A stretch of DNA of 63,474 nt, filler included, from Octopus bimaculoides (lineage: Eukaryota): the NCBI RefSeq assembly GCF_001194135.2. It is 7 parts of 6 records of this genome, joined end to end, with 100 filler letters (N's around TTAATTAATTAA, not from the genome) between each part and the next. Parts side by side here need not be neighbours in the genome. Positions count along the whole stretch, not along the records: positions 22,187 to 52,596 come from NC_069000.1; positions 52,697 to 59,258 come from NC_068990.1; 5 more parts are not named here. One strand, written 5' to 3'. The notes under the pieces are model-generated. The model searched no databases. It was not told where the DNA came from and was given only the letters and a program-made list of their open reading frames with translations. Shown here piece by piece: positions 40,390-52,920 of the stretch. Every line of letters begins with the position of its first letter. The stretch's first letter is position 1. The translations under genes were made by a program, and so were the position numbers.

Positions 40390-40657
40390 ATTTTGTATGA
40401 GTTTAAAGTGTAACACATTGCAGAGGAAACTACTCATAATATTAACCACGTATCCAGTGAGGAGACCATCAATAAATGTACAGCTCAACACTGGCTTCAA
40501 AAATTTCATAGCAGGGGCATGAGTCTTGAAGAAAGTCACAGATGACTTTCTGTAATTGACAGCAACCAACTGAACTGAAATCATGCAAGAATAAGTTGAG
40601 AAGTTGCAGAAGAACAAAATGTTAACCCTTCAACATTTGTTCAACATTTGCACCATA
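40390..40657 (+). mobile_element. Degenerate mariner transposase N-terminus in ABCC intron 3
   Basis: Plus frame ILYEFKV*HIAEETTHNIN...TAQHWLQKFHS...EVAEEQNVNPSTFVQHLHHIGK, with several stops. Confidence 0.75.
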
Positions 40658-40969
40658 TTGGAAAGTTTTAAACACTCAGTCTATAAATAACCACACATGC
40701 TGAACAAGAAAAAAAAATTGCTATTACAAAGTCCAGTCCTTATGAATTTCGGTTAATTTTGAAAATAATCATTTGGAACAATTTCGTAAAATAACTTTCT
40801 TTTTGTTGCCACATAATGAAATTTTATTTAAAAACATGGAGTGTGATATAACTTAAATAAAAATATTTTAAAACATTAAATTTTGTATGGTGGTGTAGTA
40901 TCAAAAGAATTAAACATTTTGTTGCTGTTACTGTAAGGAAACAACTGAGAAACACCTTTGAATACTTAC

Positions 40970-41089
40970 ATAAGCTATAATCTGGGATATACCTGCAATA
41001 TAGTCCACTGCTGTAACATGTGTATTTTCATAGTAGATGTTCACTATTAAATCACAAAGGACAAAAACAGCCAGGAGGAAGCTTAAAAG
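40970..41089 (-). CDS. ABCC1: ABCC1-like exon 3, TMD0 (LLSFLLAVFVLCDL...ISQIIAY)
   Basis: 120 nt, tacag/GTAAGT, phase 0/0, hydrophobic helices at the position expected for MRP1 exon 3. Confidence 0.85.
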
Positions 41090-41509
41090 CTGTAAAATAA
41101 AAGTATAAAGATACAAAAATTTGTTGACATATTGAAAAAGATATCCAAACATGGGTATGTTTTAACAGTTGGAAATCAAACCTAGGTCACAGACTAGGTT
41201 TATCAGGAGCTTAACACCAATCTGTTGTCTTTAATGCAACCTTCCAACACAAGCTAAATGCTAAATACAAAGGACCATATGATATCAATGTTTCATTTAA
41301 AGACAATACATATCTGCTACTTCAGCATCTCAAAGTTTATGGACAATGAATCAATTAAACCCTTCAAAATCACTACAAATGTAGTGATTCATTGATAACA
41401 TCTACTGGTGATCTCTTATACATAACAAACATTTATAACAGAAAAAAATGTATCCCAAAGATTTCCTTTTTAGAGATAGAAAATACTTTTAGCTTTGAGT
41501 AACTGATGC

Positions 41510-41830
41510 ACTACAATAGTCAAGTGAGGCCCACAATAGAATACCGCTCCCAAATCCGGTATGGTGCTAAGGCTACACAAAAAAAACATAACAGACTGCA
41601 TCCAAAGGAAAGCCATCTAGATGATTGACAAGGACTCATTCACAAACATCATTAGCTCACAGGCATGTCTTTTAGTACTCTACTACTTGCATAACAATAG
41701 TCTCTGTTGCTCAGAGTTAGCTGGTTGCATACTACCCTGTCCATATTTCTTCCCCTTTCATCACCTATTCTATATTACTCTTCTCAGGCTCTGCACTGGC
41801 CACTTTTCCTCAAAATATCACCTGGAAAAT
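41510..41830 (+). mobile_element. CR1-like LINE C-terminal fragment in ABCC intron 2
   Basis: HYNSQVRPTIEYRSQI...DCIQRKAI*MI, resembling LYKSQVRPxMEYCSHIW...QRRAIRLI. Confidence 0.65.
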
Positions 41831-42290
41831 AATCAAAATACAATAACACCTATCAGCTGCATATCCCCCAACAACAACAACAACAACAATCACCACTTTT
41901 CAACCAACAACCAAAACAACCAACTCCAACGTTTCCAACTATAACAGCTATTTTGCACTCAGCCACTTTCAGCTCCACAATCCATCACCACCTACAACTT
42001 CCTCCTTATCAGAATAGCTATCTTCAATCTTGCTCTCAACCACAACAACTTCTTTCACACTCCTCAACATGTCACCTCTGCCCTCAATTACACTATCATA
42101 ACAGTCTTCAACCCCACCCTCAACAATACTCAGGCTGAACTCCACCTTTCTCTCAGCTATTAGTACTACCATAACATTCAGTACTGTCACTACTACCAAA
42201 ATCACCAAAACTACTTCACCACCACTGCCACCACTGTCACCACCACCACCAACAACAAAGAAGAGGAGGAAAGAGAGGCTTTTTACTTAC

Positions 42291-42476
42291 AGTTTTTAAA
42301 ATGCTGAAAAATGTGATATGCCTAGATTTTCCACGAGTTGTGATGAGGTAATATGAGTAGTAAGGCAGTGTGAGAAACAACCAACCACAAGGTATCCATA
42401 CAAGAACTGTTTTTTGAAAGCAGTCGGTAAACTGGGGCCAAGAACCATTGTTTGAACTCCATGTCAATGAGGAATT
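42291..42476 (-). CDS. ABCC1: ABCC1-like exon 2, TMD0 (NSSLTW...PQFTDCFQKTVLVWIPCGWL...FSILKT)
   Basis: 186 nt, ttttcag acceptor, GTAAGT donor, phase 0/0. Matches the MRP1 motif PDFTxCFQNTVLVWVPC and has an N-glycosylation sequon NSS at the start. Confidence 0.95.
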
Positions 42477-42502
42477 CTGAAAAACAAAAATTAAAATAAT
42501 AA

Positions 42503-42573
42503 ACAGGATGCCCCTGGGAGCTCCTCTATGCTGATGACCTTGCACTAATTGCTGAATCACTATCAGAACTAGA
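42503..42573 (+). mobile_element. 71-bp internal LINE RT fragment carrying the catalytic YADD motif
   Basis: Plus frame TGCPWELLYADDLALIAESLSEL, with no adjacent RT sequence on either side. Confidence 0.85.
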
Positions 42574-43506
42574 TATTTTTGAAAAGCTGAATGAAAAATT
42601 TTGGGTGGAGGGTCACAAAGCTTTTCAAAAATATTAATGATGCCATAGCTGTATAAGCTATATTTGCTAGAAGGCAATGGTTAAACGCTGTTACATTGGG
42701 AACCTTCTGCTACAATTATTAAGGAATAATTTGGTCAATGATTTCTAAAGGGAGCTATGACTTTAGGATTGGAAACCACAGTATTTAATTTAATCCTCTG
42801 TTAGTCTTGATTGAGTTGTCATATAGAAACAAAGGCATTCCAGTTGTCTATCCTTTCTTTTCATATATCTAGAACATCGCACTCTAATGTGTCCTTTGTT
42901 TTTTTTTAAATGATTGGACATTTAGCTAGTTTAAGATTTAGCTAATTCTAATAGAAGAAGTGACCACACAGAAGTATCCACATTGGTTCTAGAGAACAAA
43001 TTCTTGCTCATACAGCTTTGTAATCAAGATATTTTGTGTCTAATCTTCTCTCTCTCTCCAGAACTTAAATAATTTTTTCTTGTTAAAAATGCAACGTTAT
43101 ATAACTATTCTCACCCTGAGACTTGAAAGCAGTTGGCACTGACATACAACAAGGTTTACACACACACACACACAAACACATGTACAAATCAAAATAGACA
43201 ACCCTGTTAATTAAATGACTCATTATCAAATTGACCTAATTAGTTTTAATGTACATTCAACTCCAAGATAAGTTTGTAGAAATAGAAAGTCCAAGAAGAA
43301 AGAGATAATGATGATGATGATGATAAAAGAAGTTTTACAGGTACAGCTGTTTAGTTAAGAAACTTGCTTCCTAACTGTGTGATTGCAGGTTCAGTCCCAC
43401 TGTGCAGTACTTTGAGCAAATGTCTTCTACTGTAGTCTTGAGTTGACCAAAGACTTGTGAATGGATTTGGTAAACAGAAATGGAAAGATGACTGTTGTAT
43501 GTGTAT

Positions 43507-44612
43507 ATCATCATTATTATCATCATCATTTAACGTCTGCTTTCAATGCTAGCATGGGTTGGACGATTTGACTGAGGACCGGTGAACTGGATGGCTGCAC
43601 CAGGCTCCAATCTGATCTGGTAGAGTTTCTACAGCTGGATGCCCTTCCTAACGCCAACCACTCCGAGAGTGTAGTGGGTGCTTTTACGTGCCACCGGCAT
43701 GAGGGCCAGTCACGCGGTACTGGCAACAGCCACGCTCAAAATGGTGTTTTTTACATGCCACCTGCACAAGAGCCAGTCCAGCGGCACTGGCAACGACCTT
43801 GCTCGAATGATTTTCTAACGTTCCACTGGCACAAGTGCCAGTAAGGCGACGCTAGTAACAATCATGCTCAAATGGTGCTATTTATGTGCCACTAGCACGG
43901 AAGCCAGACAACTGCTCTGGCAATGATCACACTTGGACGGTGCTGTTAGTGCTCCAATGGCGCAGGTGCCGGTCTTCAAATATGGTTCAATTATGATTTC
44001 GATTTCACTTGCCCCAACAGGTCTTCGCAAGCAGAGTTTAGTGTCCAATGAAGGAGAGGTTGGCACAGTTGCCAGTTGTCGGATTTGGTTCGATTCCGAT
44101 TTCAGATTTCAAATTCGTTTGCCTCAACAGGTCTTCGCAAGCAGAGTTTAGTGTCCAATGAAGTAAAGATACGAATAAGTGAGCTGGCTACACTTCTGAC
44201 AGAGGCCACAGAATTATGCTCTCACTTGGCTTGCCAGGTCTCCTCACGTACTCCATATTTCCAAAGGACCCGGTCACTAGTCATTGCCTCAGTGAGGCCT
44301 AATGTTCGAGGGTTGTGCTTCACCACTTCATCCCATGTCCTCTTGGGTCTACCTCTTCCACAGGTTCCCTCAGCTGCTAGGATGTGGCACTTTTTCACAC
44401 AGCTATCCTCATCCATTCTTGCCACATGTCCATACAAGCACAATCATCTCTCTTGCAGACCACAATTGATGCTTCTTAGGTCTCACTTTTCCCTCAAGGT
44501 ACTTACACTCTGTCGAGTATGCACACTGACATTACATATCCATCATAACATACTAGCTTCGTTTCTTGCGAGCTTACGCATGTCCTCAGCAGTCACGGCC
44601 CATGTTTTACTA
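43507..44612 (-). mobile_element. 5'-truncated RTE-clade LINE (RT C-terminus, 3'UTR, (ATG)n tail) in ABCC intron 1
   Basis: Minus frame SKTWAVTAEDMRKLARNEASML*WMC...LYGHVARMDEDSCVKKC...GRGRPKRTWDEVVK...WKY, followed by a 3'UTR shared with many other copies and an ATG-repeat tail. Confidence 0.9.
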
Positions 44613-44787
44613 CCATGTATATATATATGGAGCCGAACAGATTGATTCAAATTTGTTGGTACTCTTGAGTCTCAAGCATGCTGTGCCAGTCGTTAGCCAT
44701 ATATATATATATATATATATATGCATACAACAAGCTTCTTTCAGGAGCATGTATGTTGAGTCATCAGTATTGTCAAATGCAGCAGTA

Positions 44788-45095
44788 CAAGGGTCACCTG
44801 GAAAGTTCATAGGCTGATCAAGTTACTCTCATGGAATGTAACCAAATGTGGTTTATTTTTCAACATAGTCCCTCTTGTGGTCCACTCACTTCTTGTATCG
44901 GTGTTGCAGTACTTGAATCACATTGGTGAAGAAGCTTTCATCCTGTTGGTCAAAAAAAGTCATCAACAGCAGATGCAACATCATCATCACCACTGCTACA
45001 CTGGTTCCCAACCAAGTGTTTTTTCATGTTGGGGAACAGATGATAGTCAGATGGGACCAAATCAGAAGAATAGGGAAGATGATCAGCCAGGTCTT
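44788..45095 (-). mobile_element. Mariner 3' fragment (YSPDL-like motif, C-terminus and TIR) in ABCC intron 1
   Basis: Minus frame HLPYSSDLVPSDYHLFPNMKKHL...FFDQQDESFFTNVIQVLQHRYKK*VDHKRDYVEK*. TA at 44786-87 next to the TIR-like CAAGGGTCACCTGGAAAGTTC. Confidence 0.85.
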
Positions 45096-46770
45096 TGTGA
45101 AGCTGGCAAGAGTAATCTTGAAGTGGCGAAAGTGTGTACTACTAAGGAGCTACTCCTGTGGGGATATGGTGTGTGGTATGTGTAGTGGTGTCATATGTAT
45201 GATTTTTTTCCGGGGGGGGGGAGATGTAGGTGTATATAGCTATGTTCGTTGGTCTGTTTTCTTTCTGTAAAGGATAAAGTCGTGGGGGAGGGAGTTATGT
45301 TAGCATGTGGTGTGTGATGTGTGTTGTGGGTGGGGTCTGTGTATATGGGGGAGTACAATATGTGTGAAGGGGTATGTATTGTGGGGGGAGACAGTTTATT
45401 TTAAAAAATTTTATCCAATCAAAACAAGATTTGAAAGCACGTGTTGTCTTGTCAAGTGCAAACATTCCTGTCGAAGGGGAAGAGGCAGGCGGGCGTGTAC
45501 GTGTACGTGCAATGTAAATAACAAAAACAATGTCGCATTTTAAAGAAAAGCCTTGCATATTTGTTCCTTTTCTCCATGCATGTTGCAATATTTTGGCTCT
45601 TCGGTGGTTAAAAAAAAACACATGGACTATTATAATTAATACCACTTTTTCGATGTTGATCTCGTTTTTTTTTTTTGGAAATTCACGGATTATACATACA
45701 CAAATGAAGCAGGTATGAACAAATATGCAAGGCTTTTCTCAAGGTGAAAATGCGACACTGTTTTTATCTACATTCCACACGCATACATACAGAAAAGAAG
45801 TATGTATATGTATGTATGTGCGTCGAAAAACCGAATTAGTGATAATATTTCATGTGTTTACAGTTGACAACACGTGCTGTCATGCACACGGAAACTAAAG
45901 AACGAATCTTGACAAGTCTGAGACTCAAAACGATTGAATGCCGGATATTTCGGATAATATACCCACTCTACTGACATATATAAGAGTACATCTTTTTCCT
46001 TATGGTCTCTTAAACGACTCGCGCGTGTATATATATATGTATATATNNNNNNNNNNCCCCCCCCCCCCATTTTCTCGCAAACTATTGTTTTTATATATAT
46101 AAAAGTAATTTTATTAGAGCGTGCTTCTTTTTCGGATATACGATAGGCTGGCGACACGCACACACATTATATATTTGTGTATAAATATATTTTTTACTCT
46201 TGTCTGGGAGGGAAAGTCAACATTTATGTCGATTTTTAGGCTTCCCTATTCTGAGGCGTGTGCATGCATGTGTGTACGTGAGTGCGTGCGCACATACAGT
46301 CGGACAACTCTGATCAAGCAGATTCTACGATCCAAACCATTTCAATCGCGATCATTTTGTTATTTCTTCTGCAAACTGCGATTTGAGTGTTATTTCTAAT
46401 TATTCGAACGACCACATTGTGACTCCCTCGTTTACTCGATGATAATTAGTCGAACAATTAGATATAAACGCAAATACACGCACACAATAAAATGTGATAG
46501 ATACAAAATAACCTAACAAGATATTCAGAGAAACGAACTCACAGAAATGTATACAAATACAACAATTAAAACATTTAGTCAGATCTAAATAACTAAGTGG
46601 CGGGATAGAAAAATATGCATGCCGAGAGCTAAACAATCTAGCTACCGAGATTGATAGACAGACAGACAGATAGATAGATAGATACGAAAAAGCAACTCGG
46701 AGTTTCGTTAAAATCAATGAAGAAAATAAACAAAAAATGATAATAATGATAATAATTATATAACATTTAC

Positions 46771-46815
46771 CCAAAGTGGCGATTGGCAGAATACTTGAAA
46801 GTTGTCTCTCGCCAT
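46771..46815 (-). CDS. ABCC1: ABCC1/MRP1-like transporter, coding exon 1 (MARDNFQVFCQSPLW)
   Basis: ATG at 46815-46813, 15 codons ending TGG then a GTAAAT donor in phase 0. Resembles the human MRP1 N-terminus (MALRGFC...DPLW) and joins exon 2 in frame. Two further in-frame ATGs lie at 46821 and 46830. Confidence 0.8.
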
Positions 46816-46829
46816 AAGCATGAAGTGCA

Positions 46830-47340
46830 TGAGTGAATGAGAGATAGAAAGAGAACAGGACAGATAAGAGGAAAAAAAGAGAGAGGAGAGAGTGAAAGAA
46901 ATGAAGTACAATGAATAAAAATGGGAGGGTGTGGATAAGGTTTAAAATAATTAGGTGGCAGAGGAGTAGAGTGCAATATAAAAAGAGGAGGAGGAGGAGG
47001 AGTGAAGTATATTTGGTTAAAAAAGAATTGGAAATTGAAAAGCAGATGAGACAGAGAGAGAGAGAGAAGGCGGACTGGAAAGAAAGAGTAGATCAGTTAG
47101 AAGGAAAGACAAAGAAAGTGAAAAGAAAGATAATAAAGAGAAAGAGAAAAGAAGTAGAAAAAAGAGATGGATCAGAATAAGAGTAAAGAAAGAGAGAAAG
47201 GAAAAAGATAGAAGCAAAGCAGGAAAAAGAAAACGGAAAAGAGATAGAAAGATCAAAATCAAAAGATTGAGTGGTAAGCGAGAGAATGCGAGAAAAAGAG
47301 TGGAAGAGGGAGATAGAAAAAGATAAAGACTGGAAAAGGT
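46830..47340 (-). promoter_or_regulatory. Putative ABCC 5'UTR/promoter region: CT-rich tract on the gene strand inside a CpG-retaining zone
   Basis: About 500 nt of GA/CT-rich sequence immediately upstream of the ATG. CpGs are visibly frequent at about 45400-46700 and 47600-50500 and rare in downstream introns. The TSS is not determinable from sequence. Confidence 0.4.
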
Positions 47341-47614
47341 TTCGCTAATGAGTTCATAATAATACTGAAACAGTCACGAATGTCTCTTGTACTTGCTGAA
47401 ATAATGATGAATTAGACTGATGTTGGCCAGAGGCTAATATCGTTGTTTTCTTCTGCATATTTATTTTTAGTGAGATTTTAAACCTCCCTTAATTAAATAT
47501 GTTAGCAAATACTCAACATGGTAAAGACTGTATCCCTAAGATTAGCTTTCCTCTTTGGGACCAGAAAATACTCCACCCATTCAAATACCATAACATAAAA
47601 AACTACTAATCTTC

Positions 47615-47940
47615 TACAAAGTTCAAGCGAGACTCACAGTGAAGTACTGCTCTCACATCTGGGACAGTGCTGCTGCTAAACATACAAACACCCTAGACTG
47701 CACTCCGCCTCCACCAAGGAGGGTAATCCAACAGATTGGCTTAAAGTCGCTAGCCAGCATATTCCAGCACTACTTTCACACCCTGTCTTCTCTCTCTATT
47801 GCAGCTATGGTGGCTTCTGATCCTTAGAGCAAGCTTGTCTCGTGCCGTGTCCACTAAGGCACTCCGAATTCATTCGTTTCTGGTCCACTCATCGTTAAAA
47901 CTGTGTCCTGCCCACCACACCCTACTCTTACCACTTCACC
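47615..47940 (+). mobile_element. CR1-like LINE C-terminal fragment upstream of ABCC
   Basis: FYKVQARLTVKYCSHIWDSAAAKHTNTLDC; same family as 41510-41830. Confidence 0.65.
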
Positions 47941-48650
47941 AATTTCTTCCTTCTGTCCAACCCATGCTAGCATGGAAAGCAGACGTTAAACGATGATGAT
48001 GATGATGATGATTAGAACATCGACCCTCTGGAATTTCCTTCTTGCCCATGTTTTCCATGCAGCCATCAACTTACATCTATTCTAGAGAAACATTAACTGA
48101 ATTGGTCTCACGTTCTGAGGGGAGCTGGCTTACGATGGTCACAACCTCCCCCCCACCACCACCACCATAAGACTTTAACTCCTCCCACAAAAAGAAAAAA
48201 AATACTTGATGTTTGCACTAAGTGTAAGATATATAAGTATACAAAGTAAAAATCTAAAAAAATTAGCTAAACAGAAGTGGGCAGCAACTTGTGCAAACTA
48301 ACATTCTTGTAATATTCTAAGTCGTCCAGCCAGAGTAGATCTTAAGTGAAAACCGGAAGCAGACGTGTAGCAGATAAATTTACTTACTTTATTTAAACAA
48401 CATATTTGCAGTAAAGCAATAGGAGTGTCTCGGCGACTTCAGCCTGCCAAGTCAATATGAAACCATAGACTAATCAGTCTAGTTGTCAACACACTGATCC
48501 GCATCCCTTTTCATTGGAAAAAATATGCAAAATTTAATAAGTGGTACACTTACCCCTTCATCAATCTGTAGTTTCACTATCACCATCTGGTATTTGAGTG
48601 GTGCAAGCATTTGTGTTAAGTCTCCAGTCTGCAGAAAACTTCCTCTAACT

Positions 48651-49030
48651 CAGTGGTTCCCAACCGGTGCGGCGGAAGAGGATAGCGGGTGAGGCGGGAT
48701 GATTGAAAGACAACAAAAGATTTAGAAACAGTTTTAAAAATTCACAAGTCAAAAATATTATCATGGATTACTTGTAATTGCATGCATGATTCCCAATATA
48801 AATAGTTCTAAATAATTATTGACCGATTTTATCATTGGGATATTTTTGCATTATATAAAGTATTAAGAATATAGTAACTAAGGTCCGCAAATTGGAGGAG
48901 AGAATTATCAATGATGGACTTCGAATCCGCAGTTATCTCCCTTCAACCCTCTCCCTGGCACATTGGTGAAGCGCTAGCAAATTTTCATTCCGAAAATGTG
49001 GCCCAGAGAAAAGTAGTTTGGGAACCACTG
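48651..49030. mobile_element. hAT-type MITE, 380 bp, with perfect 8-bp TSD
   Basis: TIRs CAGTGGTTCCCAA / TTTGGGAACCACTG. CTCTAACT is duplicated at 48643-48650 and 49031-49038. Confidence 0.9.
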
Positions 49031-51317
49031 CTCTAACTAGTCACGAAGGCTTTGACCCTTCATCCGTTGACTAAGCCACTAAGAGAAGATAAACAAAGCA
49101 GAAAAGGAGTCAATTGAGGTGGTCATGTGAGACGAGGAGGAACATGTGAGCAAACGGAGGCATGTCTACATCTCCTAAGAATGAACTGCGGCTCCTTGTG
49201 GAATCGCTGTACATTCTTGTAAACAGGGAAACTATTGTGTATTACAGCGATTCACGACATTGATCATCGGCTCACAGCCCCTTTGCTTTTACGCCTCATC
49301 CCATGGCCTCTTCTTTCCGTATGCATTGTATAGAATTACTCAAAAAAGTGTGTCACACATCACTATAGATGATTATAACTCAGGTGATTAGAAAAAGTGT
49401 AACAATAGACTTGATAACTTTCCGAGAATAATTTTACTCGCAGTACCTGTGGCAGGAGTATTTAAACTTTTGCGGCTGTCAACGCTTTCTCTCTATAGAT
49501 ACAGACAGACGTACAGAGAGAGAGATGGTGGAAGAAAGAGTGAGAGAGAGGGCGAAGATGGAGAGGGAAAGAGAGAGGAAGCTGTGGAGGGAAGGGAGGA
49601 AAGCGGGAGATCGAGGAAGACAGGGTGATATCCGAAAGAGAGAAACGACAAACACTTGTCAAAGTTTGGGTTTTGTTGCCCTAGTAACCACAGCTTTTGA
49701 GATGGAGATTTCTAACCTAGTCCAGTCACTTCCTCGCCTCTGTCCTTGTAAATTTTCACCACAATCTGAGCACGCCTACTGCCATTGAACCTTGCATAAC
49801 CACTAAATGAGACATGCAAACATACATTTGGCCATTTTACTTTTATATATAGAGATAACATACAAAGAAAATCAATAAATAAATAAACTTTTAGCAGAAC
49901 CAGTCCAAAATTTCTAACCAAAAAAAAAAAATCATTTTATTTTATTTTATGGCTAACCAGATAGGTGGCTGCTATTCATAGGAAATTTTCTATCCGGTTT
50001 CGAAACCTACTAAGCTAACTGACTATTATCTATCACATCTAGTCTTACTTCTATATATACTTTCAGAAATGTAGAAGAAAACTTATGGTTGCAGAAAGGG
50101 ATCAGCTCTGTAAATTTATGTAATGTTTTAGGCCCAAAGGACCTAAAGATGGCAAGAGATTCCCTTATACACAATGTACACTTGTTAATATTAACGCTAA
50201 AACAAGGGGCTGTTGAAATTATAGACCGTTCAAGAAAGTAACTTTAAGGGAGACCCTCATTTCCTTCAACGAGCGTAATTGATGGAGGGCTGATTCCAGC
50301 AGTTCCTTTGATATTACTATGGGGTCGTCGGATTCAACATAAGTGCCCGATTTAGTGAACATTTGTTTTGAAAAGACCCACTCCTATTTGCATCATCTTT
50401 ACCTTCGGACAATTTCCATTGACTTACTCCACTAGTTATTATTCTTAATTTCTTTAATTTTAAAAGCCCACCGAGGAAGATTTTGCTTGCTAATGACAAT
50501 GATAATCTCAGTTCATAGAAGTTTTTAACTCATTATGTGAATCTTGTGAGAGCCTACAGTATAAGCATGTTCTGGTTTTATGTGTGTGTGTGTGTGCATA
50601 TGTGTATATGTTATGTTTGTGTGTGTATGTGTGTGTCTGTCTATATTTGTATGAATGTATTCTGGTAGGTGTTTATTCATGTAAATGTGTGTACATATAC
50701 ACACAGAGAAAAAGACGCTTTATATAAAATGAGTGGGAAAAATCATGAAAATAAGAGGGATGAGAGAATAGATTGATTACACTAATACATTTGCACGTAG
50801 GCACATAAGGGAAGCTTGCAATCATAACCCTTCCTTAGTTTTAAGTTTAGTTCATTCTTAACATTCTCAAGATGCCTAATTGTGGTTTAGATTTAGCCTG
50901 ATTAAGAGTAAATTTAATGTAATAATTATCTTAAAGAAACAGTTGACCTGAACAAATCTTAATGGGACAGTAATTGTTTAAATGTTCTCTTTCAATGTTT
51001 AGTGTTTTATATTTTTTTACTGCGTCAGCGAGCAAATATAAACACATTTGAACGAACAAACAGCATGGTGTCAATCAATTTACTGATTAAAATCAAGATA
51101 AAAATAAACGAATAAATTGACTATTAAATGAGATTAGATAATACAAAGTTTCATATGGGGTTTGTAAGGGTAAGTTCGTTGCTGTAAATTTGATTGTCTA
51201 ACGTCTTGGACAAAGGTCTTTTGCCAAAATGTGAGATACTGAATAATTCAACAATAGCATAAGTTAATTGATAATTTAATTTAATAATAAAGATATGCTG
51301 ACTGCACATTTAGTATT

Positions 51318-51703
51318 GCAATTCTTTAATTTGGCCCTCGTGCCGGTGGCATGTAGAAGCACCCACTGCACTCTAGAAGTGGTTGGCGATAGGAAGGGCA
51401 TCCAGCTGTAGAAACTTTGCCAGATCAGATTGGAGCCTGATGCAGCCTTCTGGCTTGCCAGTCCTCACTCAAAAGTCCAACCCATGCCATCATGGAAAGC
51501 AGACGTTAAACAACCATGATTATGATGATAGTTGGAATTTACAAAAAAACAACAGAAAACACGGAGATGAGTGTGTAAACAACAAACAGATATATTAGTT
51601 TAATGCTCAGAAAGTGAGAAACTCTTTAACATTTCGAAAGGAACACAGAAATAGCAGAGAGAGAAAATAAAATAAATAAATATAGACATACCTATATGTA
51701 TGT

Positions 51704-51783
<80 letters not shown>

Positions 51784-51784
51784 G

Positions 51785-51820
<36 letters not shown>

Positions 51821-52596
51821 GGTGACTGTGTGTGTGTGTGCTTATGTGTATGCATGTATGCATATATATGTTTTATGTATATATATATACATATATATAT
51901 ACACACACATCATCATCATCATCATCGTTTAACGTCCGCCTTCCATGCTAACATGGGTTGGACAATTTGATGGAGGACTGGCGAACCAGAAGGCTGCACC
52001 AGGCTCCAATCTGATCTGGCAGAGTTTCTACAGCTGGATGACCTTCCTAACGCCAACCACTNNNNNNNNNNNNNNNNNNNNNNNNNNNNNNNNNNNNNNN
52101 NNNNNNNNNNNNNNNNNNNNNNNNNNNNNNNNNNNNNNNNNNNNNNNNNNNNNNNNNNNNNNNNNNNNNNNNNNNNNNNNNNNNNNNNNNNNNNNNNNNN
52201 NNNNNNNNNNNAAAAGGCAGACTGTATGACAGCACTGTCCGAGTGTCTTCATTGCCAGAGCAGCTGCCTGGCTTCCGTTCTAGTGGCCCGTAAATAGCAC
52301 CATTTAAGTTTGATCGTTACCAGCGTCACCTTCTAGCACTTTTGCTGGTGACTCATTAGAAAATCATTCGAGTGAGGCCGTTGCCAGTGCCGCTGGACTG
52401 GCTACCATGCAGGTGGCACATAAAAAACAATTTTGAGAGTGGCTGTTGCCAGTACCATGTGACTGGCCCTCGTGCTGGTAGGTCATAGAAGCACCCACTG
52501 TACTCTCAGAGTGGTTGGCGTTAGGAAGGGCATCCAGCTGTAGAAACTTTGCCAGATCAGATTGGAGTCTGATGCAGCCTTCTGGCTTGCCAGTCC
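51318..52596. mobile_element. Cluster of RTE 3'-end copies in both orientations (51318-51520 +, 51909-52061 -, about 52230-52596 +)
   Basis: Same 3'UTR motifs as 43507-44100. Confidence 0.8.
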
Positions 52597-52696
52597 NNNN
52601 NNNNNNNNNNNNNNNNNNNNNNNNNNNNNNNNNNNNNNNNTTAATTAATTAANNNNNNNNNNNNNNNNNNNNNNNNNNNNNNNNNNNNNNNNNNNN
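52597..52696. other. Artificial scaffold linker
   Basis: Core at 52641-52652. Confidence 0.95.
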
Positions 52697-52711
52697 ATAT
52701 ATATATATATA

Positions 52712-52920
52712 CGAGGGGTTGCTGAAAAGTTCCTGGTTTCAAGGAAAGGCCTGGTTCAAGGCCCTACCTTCTGAGTTCTTTTACAGGGCTTAGAAAAACT
52801 AAAGCACCATTGCAATAAGTGTGTGAATCTGAGAGGGGAATGTGTTGAACACAATCTTAATTAACTGATCCTCCTGTATTTTCTTTTATCCAAAGCCAAG
52901 AATATTTTAGCATCCTCTTG
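52712..52920 (+). mobile_element. Internally deleted mariner MITE (about 209 bp)
   Basis: TA on both flanks, imperfect TIRs CGAGGGGTTGCTGAAAAGTTCCTGG / CCAAGAATATTTTAGCATCCTCTTG, and an internal remnant EKLKHHCNKCVNLRGECVE of the transposase C-terminus. Confidence 0.75.

Noticed and set aside
40294-40617. 107-aa hydrophobic minus-strand ORF inside the ABCC gene, a possible extra TM exon
   Set aside because: It is the antisense of a degenerate mariner transposase, and exons 3 and 4 already join in frame.
44008-44165. Direct repeat of about 46 bp (CAACAGGTCTTCGCAAGCAGAGTTTAGTGTCCAATGAAG)
   Set aside because: Internal feature of the RTE 3'UTR; a similar duplication is in the copy at 53600-53750.
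45958-45975. Alternative first exon MSVEW|GTATAT
   Set aside because: Weak donor and no similarity; 46771-46815 matches the MRP1 N-terminus much better.
49201-49253. 11-bp inverted repeat GAATCGCTGTA/TACAGCGATTC
   Set aside because: A short stem with a 31-nt loop in probable repeat DNA; not distinguishable from chance.
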